A stretch of 64,000 bases of DNA from IMG/VR virus record IMGVR_UViG_3300009103_000001, positions 62,001-126,000 of that record, one strand, 5' to 3'. Each line of letters starts with the position of its first letter. Positions within the stretch are counted from its first letter, which is position 1. The translations under genes and the position numbers were made by a program. Below the pieces are notes generated by a model that had not been told where the DNA came from, ran no database searches, and saw nothing but the letters and a program-made list of their open reading frames with translations. Positions 9,092 to 19,480 of this stretch are shown here, piece by piece.

Positions 9092-9454
9092 TTAACCACC
9101 ACCAATAGTAATGACTATACCCGAAACAAATATAATTGTACCTGAAACAATACACGCGTTTTTACCACTAAAATGTATACCTTTACCATTAAATGTTGAT
9201 GACCTAGTTAGTAGTCCAGCGGAAATAAATGTGGCACCACCAAGTAATAAAGCTGGACCAGTTTTTAAACCTGTATTATAATCTCTATAATATAATGGTT
9301 TAACTTTTGTTAATTTTAATTCTGGTTTGTAATATGTTGTATTAGTATTTAAACTAGCAAACAATAACCCACCATTATCTAATTCTATAGTAGTTTGTGA
9401 TTTTGTTATTAAAGCATTAATTATTAAAAATACTATTAATATAGTTTTTTTCAT
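9092..9454 (-). CDS. Hypothetical secreted/membrane protein
   Basis: Bacteroidota-style signal peptide (MKKTILIVFLIINALITKSQ) plus two C-terminal hydrophobic segments. Confidence 0.7.
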   Translation of the reverse strand: MKKTILIVFLIINALITKSQTTIELDNGGLLFASLNTNTTYYKPELKLTKVKPLYYRDYNTGLKTGPALLLGGATFISAGLLTRSSTFNGKGIHFSGKNACIVSGTIIFVSGIVITIGGG

Positions 9455-9540
9455 ATTCTTAATGATAAGATTTTTTTATTGTATAATCAATAGTTACTAT
9501 TTTATAAATATATATTATTATTATATAAAGATTTAATTTT

Positions 9541-9846
9541 ATGGATATAATAAAAAATGGGTATTCAACAGAAGAGAAAATAGAATTTTTAAAAGGTATT
9601 TTTAAATTTTATCAACCAACTTTACACATAGTGGAACAAATAGCTTTATTAACTGTTTGGGAAGAGAGATGTGTAGAAGAGGAAGAGTATGAAATGGCTA
9701 AATTTGTTAAGGATATGATGAATTATATTCAAAAAAACCCAAATAAAGTACCACAAAGATTAACTGGATTAGAAAAAATCCCAATAAAGCTAACAATATT
9801 TGGTAAAATTAAAAAATGGTTTAAAAAGTTATTTAAAATTAAGTAA
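9541..9846 (+). CDS. Hypothetical protein with UVR-like motif
   Basis: CVEEEEYEMAKFVKD resembles the UvrB/C (UVR) coiled-coil motif. Confidence 0.6.
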   Translation: MDIIKNGYSTEEKIEFLKGIFKFYQPTLHIVEQIALLTVWEERCVEEEEYEMAKFVKDMMNYIQKNPNKVPQRLTGLEKIPIKLTIFGKIKKWFKKLFKIK

Positions 9847-9875
9847 TTTTAATATTTGTGTGATATTTATATAAT

Positions 9876-10298
9876 ATGAAAATAAAGAAAATAAATAAAA
9901 ATCTTATAAGGGAATACGTTAAAGACCAAGTCGGTGATGTTGAAGAAAGTAGAATAGATAAAGCTATACGTGAATATTTAATCGAAAGAGAAGAAGAGGT
10001 TTATAATGATATGGTTGAAGAAACTTTTTCTAAAAAAACTAAAGAAGCTTTAAGAGATATGTGGGATGCTTTAGAAGAAATGATTGGTGACTTAAATATT
10101 ATTACATTAAAAGAAGGTGACGTAACAATACCTAACCTTGATATAGATGGTATTGGGGGTGAGAACGGTGTTAAGGAATATATAAATGATAATATAATAA
10201 ACCCCTTAGAAAAAATCCAAGACGAGTTAATGTTTTTAAGTGATGACCCAGAAGACTCTATGGATAATCTGGAAGATTCTATAGATATTAGAGATTAA
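9876..10298 (+). CDS. Acidic late protein with leader-like N-terminus (NLIREY, AIREYLIE)
   Basis: GATATTTATA at 9862; 140 aa. Confidence 0.75.
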   Translation: MKIKKINKNLIREYVKDQVGDVEESRIDKAIREYLIEREEEVYNDMVEETFSKKTKEALRDMWDALEEMIGDLNIITLKEGDVTIPNLDIDGIGGENGVKEYINDNIINPLEKIQDELMFLSDDPEDSMDNLEDSIDIRD

Positions 10299-10336
10299 CT
10301 CTATAATTACTATATTAACTAATATTTATAGGTAAT

Positions 10337-11524
10337 ATGGCAATTTTATCCAAAATCAGAAGAACAGTTGTAAAAGAAAATGATAATATTATATTATCTA
10401 AGAAACTACTAAAAGAGGTAGATGAAAGATATTATGATGTCGAAGAACATAGATTAAAATTAAATAATTTATGTGAAAGAGATATACAGTTAGGTAATAC
10501 TGAAAGTGTTTATTGTAGACTTTGGCAATTAACACAAAATCTCCCTAGTTCAATGGCTAATAGATTGGGGTCGGATTTAGATAGTATATATACTTTTTTA
10601 AGAAGTAATCTACAATTAGACAATAGAAGAAAATTTCATGGATTAATATCTAAAATATTAGACCATACCAATCCGGCCAACTCAATTAATATTGTTTCTG
10701 AATATCTTAAAAATACAGATGATTTGGATGAAATAAGAAGAAGTTTAGATTTATTTAGAGTTTCAGATGTAAATGAAGATGAGTTAGATGAATTTTTAAA
10801 AAAGGCTAAATTTAGTAGTTATACAAAATATGAAAAAAGTTTTGAAGGACAACATTTTAAAAGAGACCCAAAGTTTGTTAGGTTAAAATATAAAACTGAG
10901 GAAGATGATAAAAAAATACAAGACAGAATTTTAGATGTTTTAATGGGTAGACGAGAAATTAATGGTGTTGTTATAGAATTATACCAAAACATAATTAAAA
11001 ACTACACACCTGAAGAGATGTTAAAAGGTGACTTAACTTGTATTAAACCATTATATGATGATGCGGGTAATATAATTATAGGCATTAATGATATTGTTGA
11101 GGTTAAAAAGTTAGATTATCAAGGAGATAGTTATTTATCGGAATTTTTTGCTATATATAAAAATAAATTACCAAAAATAGCTTTTAGAAAAGAATATCAA
11201 TTGGTATATAATAAAATTATTGATGGTCTCTATTTATTATTCAAAAAAAAGGGTAGTAATATATTAGAAGATATTAAAAATAATTTTTCTGGTGTAATAT
11301 ATGACAATAATTTATTTATACCATCGAAAGATATTACTTTATATTGGAGTAATAGAGGTAGAAATGTTTGTAATAAAGACCATAGACTATCTATAAGATA
11401 TAAGATAGATGGTAAAAATTTTGTAGATGGATATGTTTATAATAAAAATAAAGATGTTTTAATTAATGAAAAACTTAAATTAACTATAAATGAAGACTTT
11501 ATAACTTGTGATATAGTAACATAA
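10337..11524 (+). CDS. Leader-bearing protein, possible PD-(D/E)xK-like nuclease
   Basis: ATATTTAT at 10322; VVKE and KLLKE in the N-terminus; KGD...DIVEVK is a weak nuclease-like motif. Confidence 0.7.
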   Translation: MAILSKIRRTVVKENDNIILSKKLLKEVDERYYDVEEHRLKLNNLCERDIQLGNTESVYCRLWQLTQNLPSSMANRLGSDLDSIYTFLRSNLQLDNRRKFHGLISKILDHTNPANSINIVSEYLKNTDDLDEIRRSLDLFRVSDVNEDELDEFLKKAKFSSYTKYEKSFEGQHFKRDPKFVRLKYKTEEDDKKIQDRILDVLMGRREINGVVIELYQNIIKNYTPEEMLKGDLTCIKPLYDDAGNIIIGINDIVEVKKLDYQGDSYLSEFFAIYKNKLPKIAFRKEYQLVYNKIIDGLYLLFKKKGSNILEDIKNNFSGVIYDNNLFIPSKDITLYWSNRGRNVCNKDHRLSIRYKIDGKNFVDGYVYNKNKDVLINEKLKLTINEDFITCDIVT

Positions 11525-11560
11525 TATTTACATTATATAATAAAATACCATCATTAATAA

Positions 11561-12373
11561 ATGAAAGTATTTTTCCAATCATCACTTCCTAGAGCTGGTT
11601 CAACCTTACTACAAAATATTATAGGCCAAAATCCAGATTTTTATGTCACACCCACATCTGGTGTTTTAGAATTACTTTATGCCGCTAGAAAAAATTATTC
11701 AGAATCACCAGAATTTAAAGCACAGGATTCTGAGATAATGAAAAGGGGTTGGTTATCTTTTTGTGAAAAGGGGTTATTGGGATTTTACGAAGGTATTACA
11801 GATAAACCTTACATTATAGATAAAAGTCGTGGGTGGGGTATTCATTATAATTTTTTGAATTCATTTCACCCAAACCCAAAAATTATCTGTATGGTTAGAG
11901 ATTTAAGAGATGTATTTACTTCAATGGAAAAAAATTTTAGAAAAAATCAACACTTAGATTATAAAATGACTAATCATAGTAAATTAGAAGGAACTACTAC
12001 AGAAAAACGAGCTGATATATGGGCCACAACACCACCAATAGGTTTATCAATTGAAAGAATTTATCAAATAATAAGAGAAGGTATAGATAAAAATATACTT
12101 TTTATAAGATATGAGGATTTAACAAGTACACCACAAAAGGAATTAAATAAAATATACGATTTTTTAGAAACACCAAGATTTGAACACGATTTTAATAATG
12201 TTAAACAAATAACAGTAGAAGATGATTCTGTTTATGGTGTTTTTGGTGACCATACAATAAAACAAAAAGTAGAACCGATACCAAGTCAGTCAAATATTAT
12301 TTTAGGTGAAAGATTATCAGAAAATATTAAAAATAATTATAAGTGGTTTTACGATTATTTTAATTACAGTTAA
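11561..12373 (+). CDS. Sulfotransferase family protein
   Basis: PAPS-binding SLPRAGSTLL, DKSR, MVRDLRDVFTS and IRYEDL motifs. Confidence 0.9.
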   Translation: MKVFFQSSLPRAGSTLLQNIIGQNPDFYVTPTSGVLELLYAARKNYSESPEFKAQDSEIMKRGWLSFCEKGLLGFYEGITDKPYIIDKSRGWGIHYNFLNSFHPNPKIICMVRDLRDVFTSMEKNFRKNQHLDYKMTNHSKLEGTTTEKRADIWATTPPIGLSIERIYQIIREGIDKNILFIRYEDLTSTPQKELNKIYDFLETPRFEHDFNNVKQITVEDDSVYGVFGDHTIKQKVEPIPSQSNIILGERLSENIKNNYKWFYDYFNYS

Positions 12374-12415
12374 ATTCTTTTCCATTCAAGAATATTTATA
12401 TAAAAAAACTTTTAT

Positions 12416-15406
12416 ATGAGTATTTCGTGTCCATTAACATTAAGGTTAGTAAAAGGTAGTAAATTAACATTTGCTGAGTTAGATAATAATTTTATCTCAC
12501 TAAGAGATTGTATATATAGTATTGATAATTTAGACACATTTGTTACCGGAGGAACTTTTAACCCAACAACAAACACTATTATTTTTAGTGGTAATACAGG
12601 TTTCCCTTCTTTTAGTGTTGATGTTTCGGCTTTAAACGATGGTTATTGGACTGCGGGTACTGGTACAAGTGCGGTAAAACTTATTAATAGTAGTAGTAGT
12701 GCTGGAGGTAATTATAGTGTTGCGGAAGGATTCCAAACATCGGCAAACGCTCATTATTCACACGCTGAAGGTATTGGTACGGCGGCTGGTGGTGAAGCTT
12801 CACATGCTGAAGGTAGAAATACAACGGCAAGTGGTTTATATTCTCACGCAGAAAATAATACTACACAAGCTATAGGTAATAATTCACATGCTGAAGGTTA
12901 TTTAACAATTGCTAGTGGTATTCGCTCACATGCAGAAGGTGCAGAAACTGTCGCTAGTGGTAACACTTCACACGCAGAAGGTAGGTTAACAATAGCGGGT
13001 GGTGACTATTCACACGCTGAAGGTGCTGGTTCACTTGCTATACCTAATAGAGCAAGTGGTTTTGCTTCTCATGCAGAAGGTTCAGAAACAACAGCTAGTG
13101 GATATTATTCACACGCAGAAGGTAGTAGTACTGTTAGTAGTTATTACGGTTCACATGCAGAAGGTGGTTTTACCACGGCTAGTGGATTATACGCACACGC
13201 AGAGGGACATGGAAATGTTGCTAGTGGTGAGGCTTCACATGCAGAAGGTGGTAAAGGACCAAGTCTTGGGACTGGTAATATAGCTAGTGGAAACGCTTCA
13301 CACGTAGAAGGCGGATATGTCCAAGGTGGTAGACCAACAGCAGAACAAGCGACATCAGCAACTACTTGGTCATCCCATGCAGAAGGTGTTGGAACTTTAT
13401 CTAGTGGTAGAGGTTCTCACGCTGAAGGTGGTGGAACAACAGCTAGTGGAGATTATTCACACGCAGAAGGTGATGGTACAATGGCTATTGGGGATGAGTC
13501 TCATGCGGAAGGACAAGGAACTACCGCTAGTGGTCTACAATCACACGCAGAAGGTGCTGGTACAAGTGCGACTAAAGCACAAGCACACGCAGAAGGTTCT
13601 ACTACTACGGCTAGTGGTATTGCTTCACATTCAGAAGGTAGGTTAACAACAGCTAGTGGATATTATTCACACGCAGAGGGTTGGGAAACTAAAGCTACGG
13701 CTTTTGCCGCTCATGCAGAAGGTAGGGGTAGTATAGCTGATGGTATATGTGCTCACGCAGAAGGTGGTGCATATACTGGTAAATACTTAGCAACATCAGC
13801 AACCACTTGGTCCGCACACGCAGAGGGTTATGGTACGTTAGCTTCAGGTGGTTTGTCACACGCAGAAGGTCATCAAACAAAGGCTAGTGGGGAATTTTCT
13901 CACGCTGAAGGTGATGGTACACTAGCTAGTAATAAAGCCTCACACGCTGAAGGTCATAACACCACAGCCAGTGGATATTATGACCACGCGGAAGGTGATG
14001 GTACTACTGCAAGTGGTTTTTATGGTTCTCACGCAGAAGGTTATTTAACAACCTCAAGTGGTGGTTATGGTTCACATTCTGAAGGAAATAGTACCTTAGC
14101 GAGTGGTGAAGCTGCTCACGCGGAGGGTAACAATACGGTCGCTAGTGGAAGTCCTTCTCACGCGGAAGGTAGTAATACCAGAGCGACTGGTCAAGAATCA
14201 CACGCGGAAGGTTATGGTAATACAGCAAGTGGTAGAGCTTCACACGCTGAGGGGGGTGTATGGTTTAATGGTAAAACAGAAGTTGTCGCCGGAACTTCAG
14301 CAACAACATATTCAGCACATGCTGAAGGTTATAATACTTTAGCTAGTGGTATTGCGTCACATACTGAAGGTTATGGTACAATTGCTAGTGGTAATTACTC
14401 TCACGCTGAAGGAGCAAATACAATAGCGAGTGGTTTATATTCTCACGCTGAAGGCGGTACCCTATTGGGTGACATTAATAGAGCAATTGGTGTTTCTTCA
14501 CATGTAGAAGGTGGTAGTATTGGTGGAAGTGGTGATGCCACATCCGCAACAACATTTTCAGCACACGCAGAAGGAGTAGGAACTTTAGCCAGCGGAATGG
14601 GTTCTCACGCACAAAATCGTAATACAACTGCTAGTGGTGATTATTCTCACGCAGAAGGATTTAGTACAACTGCTAGTGGTATTAATGCTCACGCTGAGGG
14701 TAGTGTAACTATAGCTGAAGGAAGTCATTCTCACGCAGAAGGATTTAATACAAAGTCTATTGGGTTGGCCTCACATGCTGGAGGACAAACCTCAATAGCT
14801 TCAGGTTCAACTTCTTTTGTTCATTCAATAAATTCAGTAGTAGTTGGTGATTATTCTGCAATTCTTGGTGGTTCTGGTAATACAATAAGTAATAATGTAT
14901 TGAGAAGTGTTATATTAGGTGGTTCAAACATCACAGGAACAACAAATGATACAGTTTATTTACCAAATGTAGATTTATGTAAGTTTGGTGGAACATTATA
15001 CACCTCATCAATATCTGGGTGTTCACCGGTTACAATAAGTGATGTAGAGTTAAGTGGTAATTTAACATATTCTAATAATACTAAAGTAAGTACTACAGGA
15101 AATACCGTACCAAATATTGTAGGTAAATCCATATGGACAATAGCTATAACATCAGCGGACGATGAAACAATATTGGCCAATGGTAGTGATGGACAAAGAT
15201 TAGTCATATATACAATAAGTACAGTAGAAAGTGGGGCAATAGTAGTTACACCAACAACGCCTAATGGTTTTGTTACTTTTACCTTAAGTGCTAGTTATAT
15301 CCCACTTGAACAAGTAGGTTCAGCATCTATAGAGTTAATCTATGATAGTAATTATGGTTGGTCTGTACTGGGTGGTCACGGATATACATTAACTACAACA
15401 CTTTAA
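12416..15406 (+). CDS. Fibre/adhesin protein with about 45 SHAEG (YadA head-like) 14-aa repeats
   Basis: N-terminal LRLVKGSKLTFAELDNNF typical of phage fibres; repeat SHAEGxxTxASGxx; ATATTTAT at 12392. Confidence 0.85.
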   Translation: MSISCPLTLRLVKGSKLTFAELDNNFISLRDCIYSIDNLDTFVTGGTFNPTTNTIIFSGNTGFPSFSVDVSALNDGYWTAGTGTSAVKLINSSSSAGGNYSVAEGFQTSANAHYSHAEGIGTAAGGEASHAEGRNTTASGLYSHAENNTTQAIGNNSHAEGYLTIASGIRSHAEGAETVASGNTSHAEGRLTIAGGDYSHAEGAGSLAIPNRASGFASHAEGSETTASGYYSHAEGSSTVSSYYGSHAEGGFTTASGLYAHAEGHGNVASGEASHAEGGKGPSLGTGNIASGNASHVEGGYVQGGRPTAEQATSATTWSSHAEGVGTLSSGRGSHAEGGGTTASGDYSHAEGDGTMAIGDESHAEGQGTTASGLQSHAEGAGTSATKAQAHAEGSTTTASGIASHSEGRLTTASGYYSHAEGWETKATAFAAHAEGRGSIADGICAHAEGGAYTGKYLATSATTWSAHAEGYGTLASGGLSHAEGHQTKASGEFSHAEGDGTLASNKASHAEGHNTTASGYYDHAEGDGTTASGFYGSHAEGYLTTSSGGYGSHSEGNSTLASGEAAHAEGNNTVASGSPSHAEGSNTRATGQESHAEGYGNTASGRASHAEGGVWFNGKTEVVAGTSATTYSAHAEGYNTLASGIASHTEGYGTIASGNYSHAEGANTIASGLYSHAEGGTLLGDINRAIGVSSHVEGGSIGGSGDATSATTFSAHAEGVGTLASGMGSHAQNRNTTASGDYSHAEGFSTTASGINAHAEGSVTIAEGSHSHAEGFNTKSIGLASHAGGQTSIASGSTSFVHSINSVVVGDYSAILGGSGNTISNNVLRSVILGGSNITGTTNDTVYLPNVDLCKFGGTLYTSSISGCSPVTISDVELSGNLTYSNNTKVSTTGNTVPNIVGKSIWTIAITSADDETILANGSDGQRLVIYTISTVESGAIVVTPTTPNGFVTFTLSASYIPLEQVGSASIELIYDSNYGWSVLGGHGYTLTTTL

Positions 15407-15488
15407 CATCACACCAACTAATTAATATTTAATATATCATAATTAAACATTTAATAGTATCTTAGATATTTATTAATAAAACAATATT

Positions 15489-16634
15489 ATGTCTTTAGTT
15501 ATAACAGATGCAGAAAAAGAAAAATTATTTAGACAAGTAAAACATAGGTTAGGTGCACCTATTAGAAAAGTTGAATTAGAAGATGAAATGTTTTGTACTT
15601 TATTGGAGATTTCAATAGAAGACCATTCAGCTTTTATTAATGAATGGTTAATCGAAGCTCAGTGGACATCAATATATGGGACTGATATTACAACAACAGA
15701 TTTAGCACAGGCTTTAACGGTTAGAGGTATGGAATATGAGGATTCATTTACATACGCATATTCAAAAATTGTTGGGTTACAAGCTCGTGGACCTTGGGAA
15801 CTTAAAAAAGATTATGTAACAGTACAAAAAGGACAACAAGTTTATGAAATACCAGCAGGTAGAGAGATAAATGAAGTATTATGGATTTCACCACCTACTA
15901 TAGATAATGCTTTATTTTCTACATATGGTTTTGGTGATTATGGTTACGGTGGTGGCTATGGACAAGTACCTTTCGGTGGTGGAGGTGGAGGTTATGGTTA
16001 TGGTGGTTTTTATTTATCACCCGCTTACGATATATTATCAAGAGACGCAGATTATGACTTAAAACAGAGAATAATATCTAGTGATTTAGTTTATAAAATA
16101 ACAGCAGGACCTAATGGTACAAAATTATTACATTTAATACCACCACCAGGTTCTAGAATTAGTTTTGGTTTAGCTGGTCTAACAACTGGTATTGATGTAA
16201 CTGGTAGTAAGGTTTGGTACCATTATTATGAAACAACATCTGAAGAAGAAAGACAAAGATGTCTTAATGAAAATAAAGATATTATTAAATTACCTAGTGA
16301 TGTTCCAGTTGATATTGTTAATTTTAGTGAATTAAATAACCCATCTAAACAATGGGTAAGAGATTATTTTACAGCTATGTGTAAAGAAACTTTAGGTAGA
16401 GTTAGGGGTAAATTTGGTGGTAGTTTAGGTATTACAGACGCAGAAGTAACAATGGATTATGATTCATTATTATCTGAAGCTAAAGAAGATAAAACAGCTC
16501 TGTGGGAAAGACTTAAAGAGAGATTAGAAAGGTTGATGCCAGATAAGATGTTAGAAAGAAAAGCTCTTGAGGCTGAAAATCTTAATAAGTCATTACAATA
16601 TCGACCACTTGGTCATCATTGGAATGTTATATAA
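15489..16634 (+). CDS. Neck protein (T4 gp13-like)
   Basis: RLGAPIRKVEL N-terminus and WVRDY..AMCKETLGRVRGKF C-terminus; late motif at 15465. Confidence 0.75.
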   Translation: MSLVITDAEKEKLFRQVKHRLGAPIRKVELEDEMFCTLLEISIEDHSAFINEWLIEAQWTSIYGTDITTTDLAQALTVRGMEYEDSFTYAYSKIVGLQARGPWELKKDYVTVQKGQQVYEIPAGREINEVLWISPPTIDNALFSTYGFGDYGYGGGYGQVPFGGGGGGYGYGGFYLSPAYDILSRDADYDLKQRIISSDLVYKITAGPNGTKLLHLIPPPGSRISFGLAGLTTGIDVTGSKVWYHYYETTSEEERQRCLNENKDIIKLPSDVPVDIVNFSELNNPSKQWVRDYFTAMCKETLGRVRGKFGGSLGITDAEVTMDYDSLLSEAKEDKTALWERLKERLERLMPDKMLERKALEAENLNKSLQYRPLGHHWNVI

Positions 16635-16649
16635 AAAAATTATTAATAG

Positions 16650-19469
16650 ATGTCATTTTTTCAGGCTAGACCTCAATTTGAAGACAGACAAATAGTACAA
16701 TATAGTAATCAAAGTATAACACTTTCAGGTACTAGTATAATTAATTCTACTGTATTAGATTTTACTGGAACAACTACTGCTGAAACATCAGTAAATATTG
16801 CCGGACTTCAAGGTTATTTAAATGGTACTAGATTATCTGGTCTAAAAATTAAACCACCATTTCTAAGGATGAGTGCCTCTACTGGTACAACAACGGTTGA
16901 TGTTACAGGTTATGTATTAAAATCTATAACACCAGATGGTTCAGTAGAATGGTCACCAATTAGTGGGGTTAGTTGGTCGGTATCGGCTTGTACATCACCA
17001 TTATATGTTACTAATATAGTTGCGTGTCCAACATCGGCGGGGACAATAACAATTACCGCGGGTGAACTACATGTTGATGGTGGTATAAAAATAACTGATG
17101 GTACAGAACAATCTGGTTATGTGTTAACAACAGACTCTAGTGGTAACGCTACTTGGCAATATAATGCAACAGGATTTTCAGGTAATACATCTGCTACATG
17201 TATTTCGGATTTATGGGTGACAAATGTTCATGGTTGTTCACCAATAACGGTACACGATAGTGTACAATCTTTAGGCTCTGAAGCAACAGGAACAACTTCA
17301 TTTGCTTTTGGTAGTTCAGTTAAAGCACACGGTAATTATTCACACGCAGAGGGTATAGGTGGCTTAGCTAGTGGTGATTATTCACATATTCAAAATGCTG
17401 GAGCATTAGCTAGTGGTGATTTTTCACACGCAGAAGGATTTGAAACAGAAGCTACAGCACATGCGGCACACGCTGAGGGTAGTGCAACTCAAGCTAATGG
17501 ATTTGCTTCACACGCTGAAGGTTCTTCTAATGCGGCCACAGGTAACACCGCACATGTTGAGGGTACTAATAATCAGGCATTTGGGGATTATTCACATGCA
17601 GAGGGTAGGGAAAATAAAGCATATGGTGACACATCACATGTTGAAGGTAGACTTAATTTAGCTAGTGGTGATTATTCACACGCAGGAGGAGCAGTAAATA
17701 CAGCTAGTGGTAATTATTCACACGTAATTGGTGTTGGTAATATAACTAGTGGTCTAGTGGCATACGCAGAAGGTAGACTAAATAGAGCGACTGGAGATTA
17801 TTCCCACGCTGAAGGTTATGGTAATACAGCAAGTGGAAATTATTCACACGTAAGTGGTGGACATAATGGAATAAAATTTGGGGGTGTTTCTGCTACTACA
17901 TTTTCATCTAGAGCATATGGTTATAGTACATTAGCTTCAGGTATATTATCTTACGCTAGTGGTTGGCAAACTATAGCCTCAGGTGAGGTGTCTTTCGTAC
18001 ATTCAAGTGCTTCTACATTGTCTGGTAATAATAGTGCTATTTTAGGTGGTAGTGGTATTGTCGGTAGTACATCCGACACTGTGTATGTACCAAATTTAAA
18101 TGTTAGAAACGATTATATTTTACATTCCGATAGTGTATTAGAAATGTCAGAAATATCTAATATATCTCCAGCTTTTAAAGGTTCTTATACGGAATTTGAT
18201 TGGACTGGGATTACAACAAATATAATATCAAATAATAATCCAGGTGGTAGTTCTGGAATATTAATAGGGGAATTTAGTGATTACCCAACAACAAAAAATC
18301 ACGGATTTTTAACTTATTATGGTAGTGGATACACAAGAAGTGGTTCACCAACAACTGGAACAGATTTTTACAGAAATAAATTTGTATTAAAAGGCTCAGA
18401 TAGTATTGACGGAATGGTCATCAACCCAATTAACAATAATAATTCAGCAAAATTATGGTGGGAAATTGATGATAATTCTGTTATGATGTTAATGGGTGAT
18501 GGAGCCACAAAAGGTAATCTTGGAATAGCATTAAATCCAAATGGTGATGAAGAACCAACCGCTAATTTTCAAATCGGTGGTACGGGTACAACAGGTGACT
18601 TTAAATATATTGACGGAAATCAACAAAGTGGTTATGTTTTAACCTCAGATGCTGATGGATTAGCTAGTTGGCAACCATCTTCTGGTGGTTTTTCTGGTAA
18701 TACATCGGCAACATGTATAAGTGATATATATGTAACAAATGTACATTCTTGTTCACCTTTAAATATAAACCCATTAGATGAGGGTAATGTTTATTTTGGT
18801 AGTACAAGTGGTGTTACAGTAGATATTACAAATACAAGATTAGGTGTAGGAACCAATTCACCACAAAATAAATTACATATTAAAGGAACGGGTATATCAT
18901 CATACCCATCGATTGATAGTAATAGTGTCGCAATATTTGAAAATAACCCTGAAACAACAATAACTCTTTTATCAGATAATGCTAGAAATTCTAAAATTGA
19001 ATTTGGTGATGAGCTAAGTGTTAAAGGTAGGATTATTTATGACAACTTGAATAACCAAATGATTTTTGTTACAAGTGGTAAAACAGGTGATAATGCAATA
19101 ACTATATCACAGGACAATGATGTTTCAATAGGTGGTTCATTAATAACATCGGGTAGTATTATAAGAAACACTAGGGATTTAAGTATAACCATCCCTACGG
19201 CTTTTCTACTTACATCATCTGATGATATAATATTTTTAACCACTTCTAGTGGGGGTGATATAGTTTTACCAGAAGCGGGCAGTTTAAATAATGGTAGGGT
19301 CATTGAAATAATAAGAGTAAGTGGTACAAACGCTATAAGAGTTGGTGATAATACAGCGAACGTGAACGGTACAGCGTCTCCAGGTATATCGCTATCATCT
19401 ACACTATATTCTAAAAATACTTTTACTTGTGATGGTAGTAATTGGTTCTATCAAACATCATCACCTTAA
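16650..19469 (+). CDS. Fibre/adhesin protein with SHAEG repeats and C-x11-C modules
   Basis: About 15 SHAEG-type repeats; GYVLTxDxxGxAxWQ twice; RLGVGTNSPQNKLHI fibre motif. Confidence 0.85.
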   Translation: MSFFQARPQFEDRQIVQYSNQSITLSGTSIINSTVLDFTGTTTAETSVNIAGLQGYLNGTRLSGLKIKPPFLRMSASTGTTTVDVTGYVLKSITPDGSVEWSPISGVSWSVSACTSPLYVTNIVACPTSAGTITITAGELHVDGGIKITDGTEQSGYVLTTDSSGNATWQYNATGFSGNTSATCISDLWVTNVHGCSPITVHDSVQSLGSEATGTTSFAFGSSVKAHGNYSHAEGIGGLASGDYSHIQNAGALASGDFSHAEGFETEATAHAAHAEGSATQANGFASHAEGSSNAATGNTAHVEGTNNQAFGDYSHAEGRENKAYGDTSHVEGRLNLASGDYSHAGGAVNTASGNYSHVIGVGNITSGLVAYAEGRLNRATGDYSHAEGYGNTASGNYSHVSGGHNGIKFGGVSATTFSSRAYGYSTLASGILSYASGWQTIASGEVSFVHSSASTLSGNNSAILGGSGIVGSTSDTVYVPNLNVRNDYILHSDSVLEMSEISNISPAFKGSYTEFDWTGITTNIISNNNPGGSSGILIGEFSDYPTTKNHGFLTYYGSGYTRSGSPTTGTDFYRNKFVLKGSDSIDGMVINPINNNNSAKLWWEIDDNSVMMLMGDGATKGNLGIALNPNGDEEPTANFQIGGTGTTGDFKYIDGNQQSGYVLTSDADGLASWQPSSGGFSGNTSATCISDIYVTNVHSCSPLNINPLDEGNVYFGSTSGVTVDITNTRLGVGTNSPQNKLHIKGTGISSYPSIDSNSVAIFENNPETTITLLSDNARNSKIEFGDELSVKGRIIYDNLNNQMIFVTSGKTGDNAITISQDNDVSIGGSLITSGSIIRNTRDLSITIPTAFLLTSSDDIIFLTTSSGGDIVLPEAGSLNNGRVIEIIRVSGTNAIRVGDNTANVNGTASPGISLSSTLYSKNTFTCDGSNWFYQTSSP

Positions 19470-19480
19470 TAATATTAACC

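Noticed and set aside
12999-14342. Alternate-frame ORFs within the SHAEG fibre gene (also 17413-17661)
   Set aside because: Shadow frames produced by repetitive codon usage
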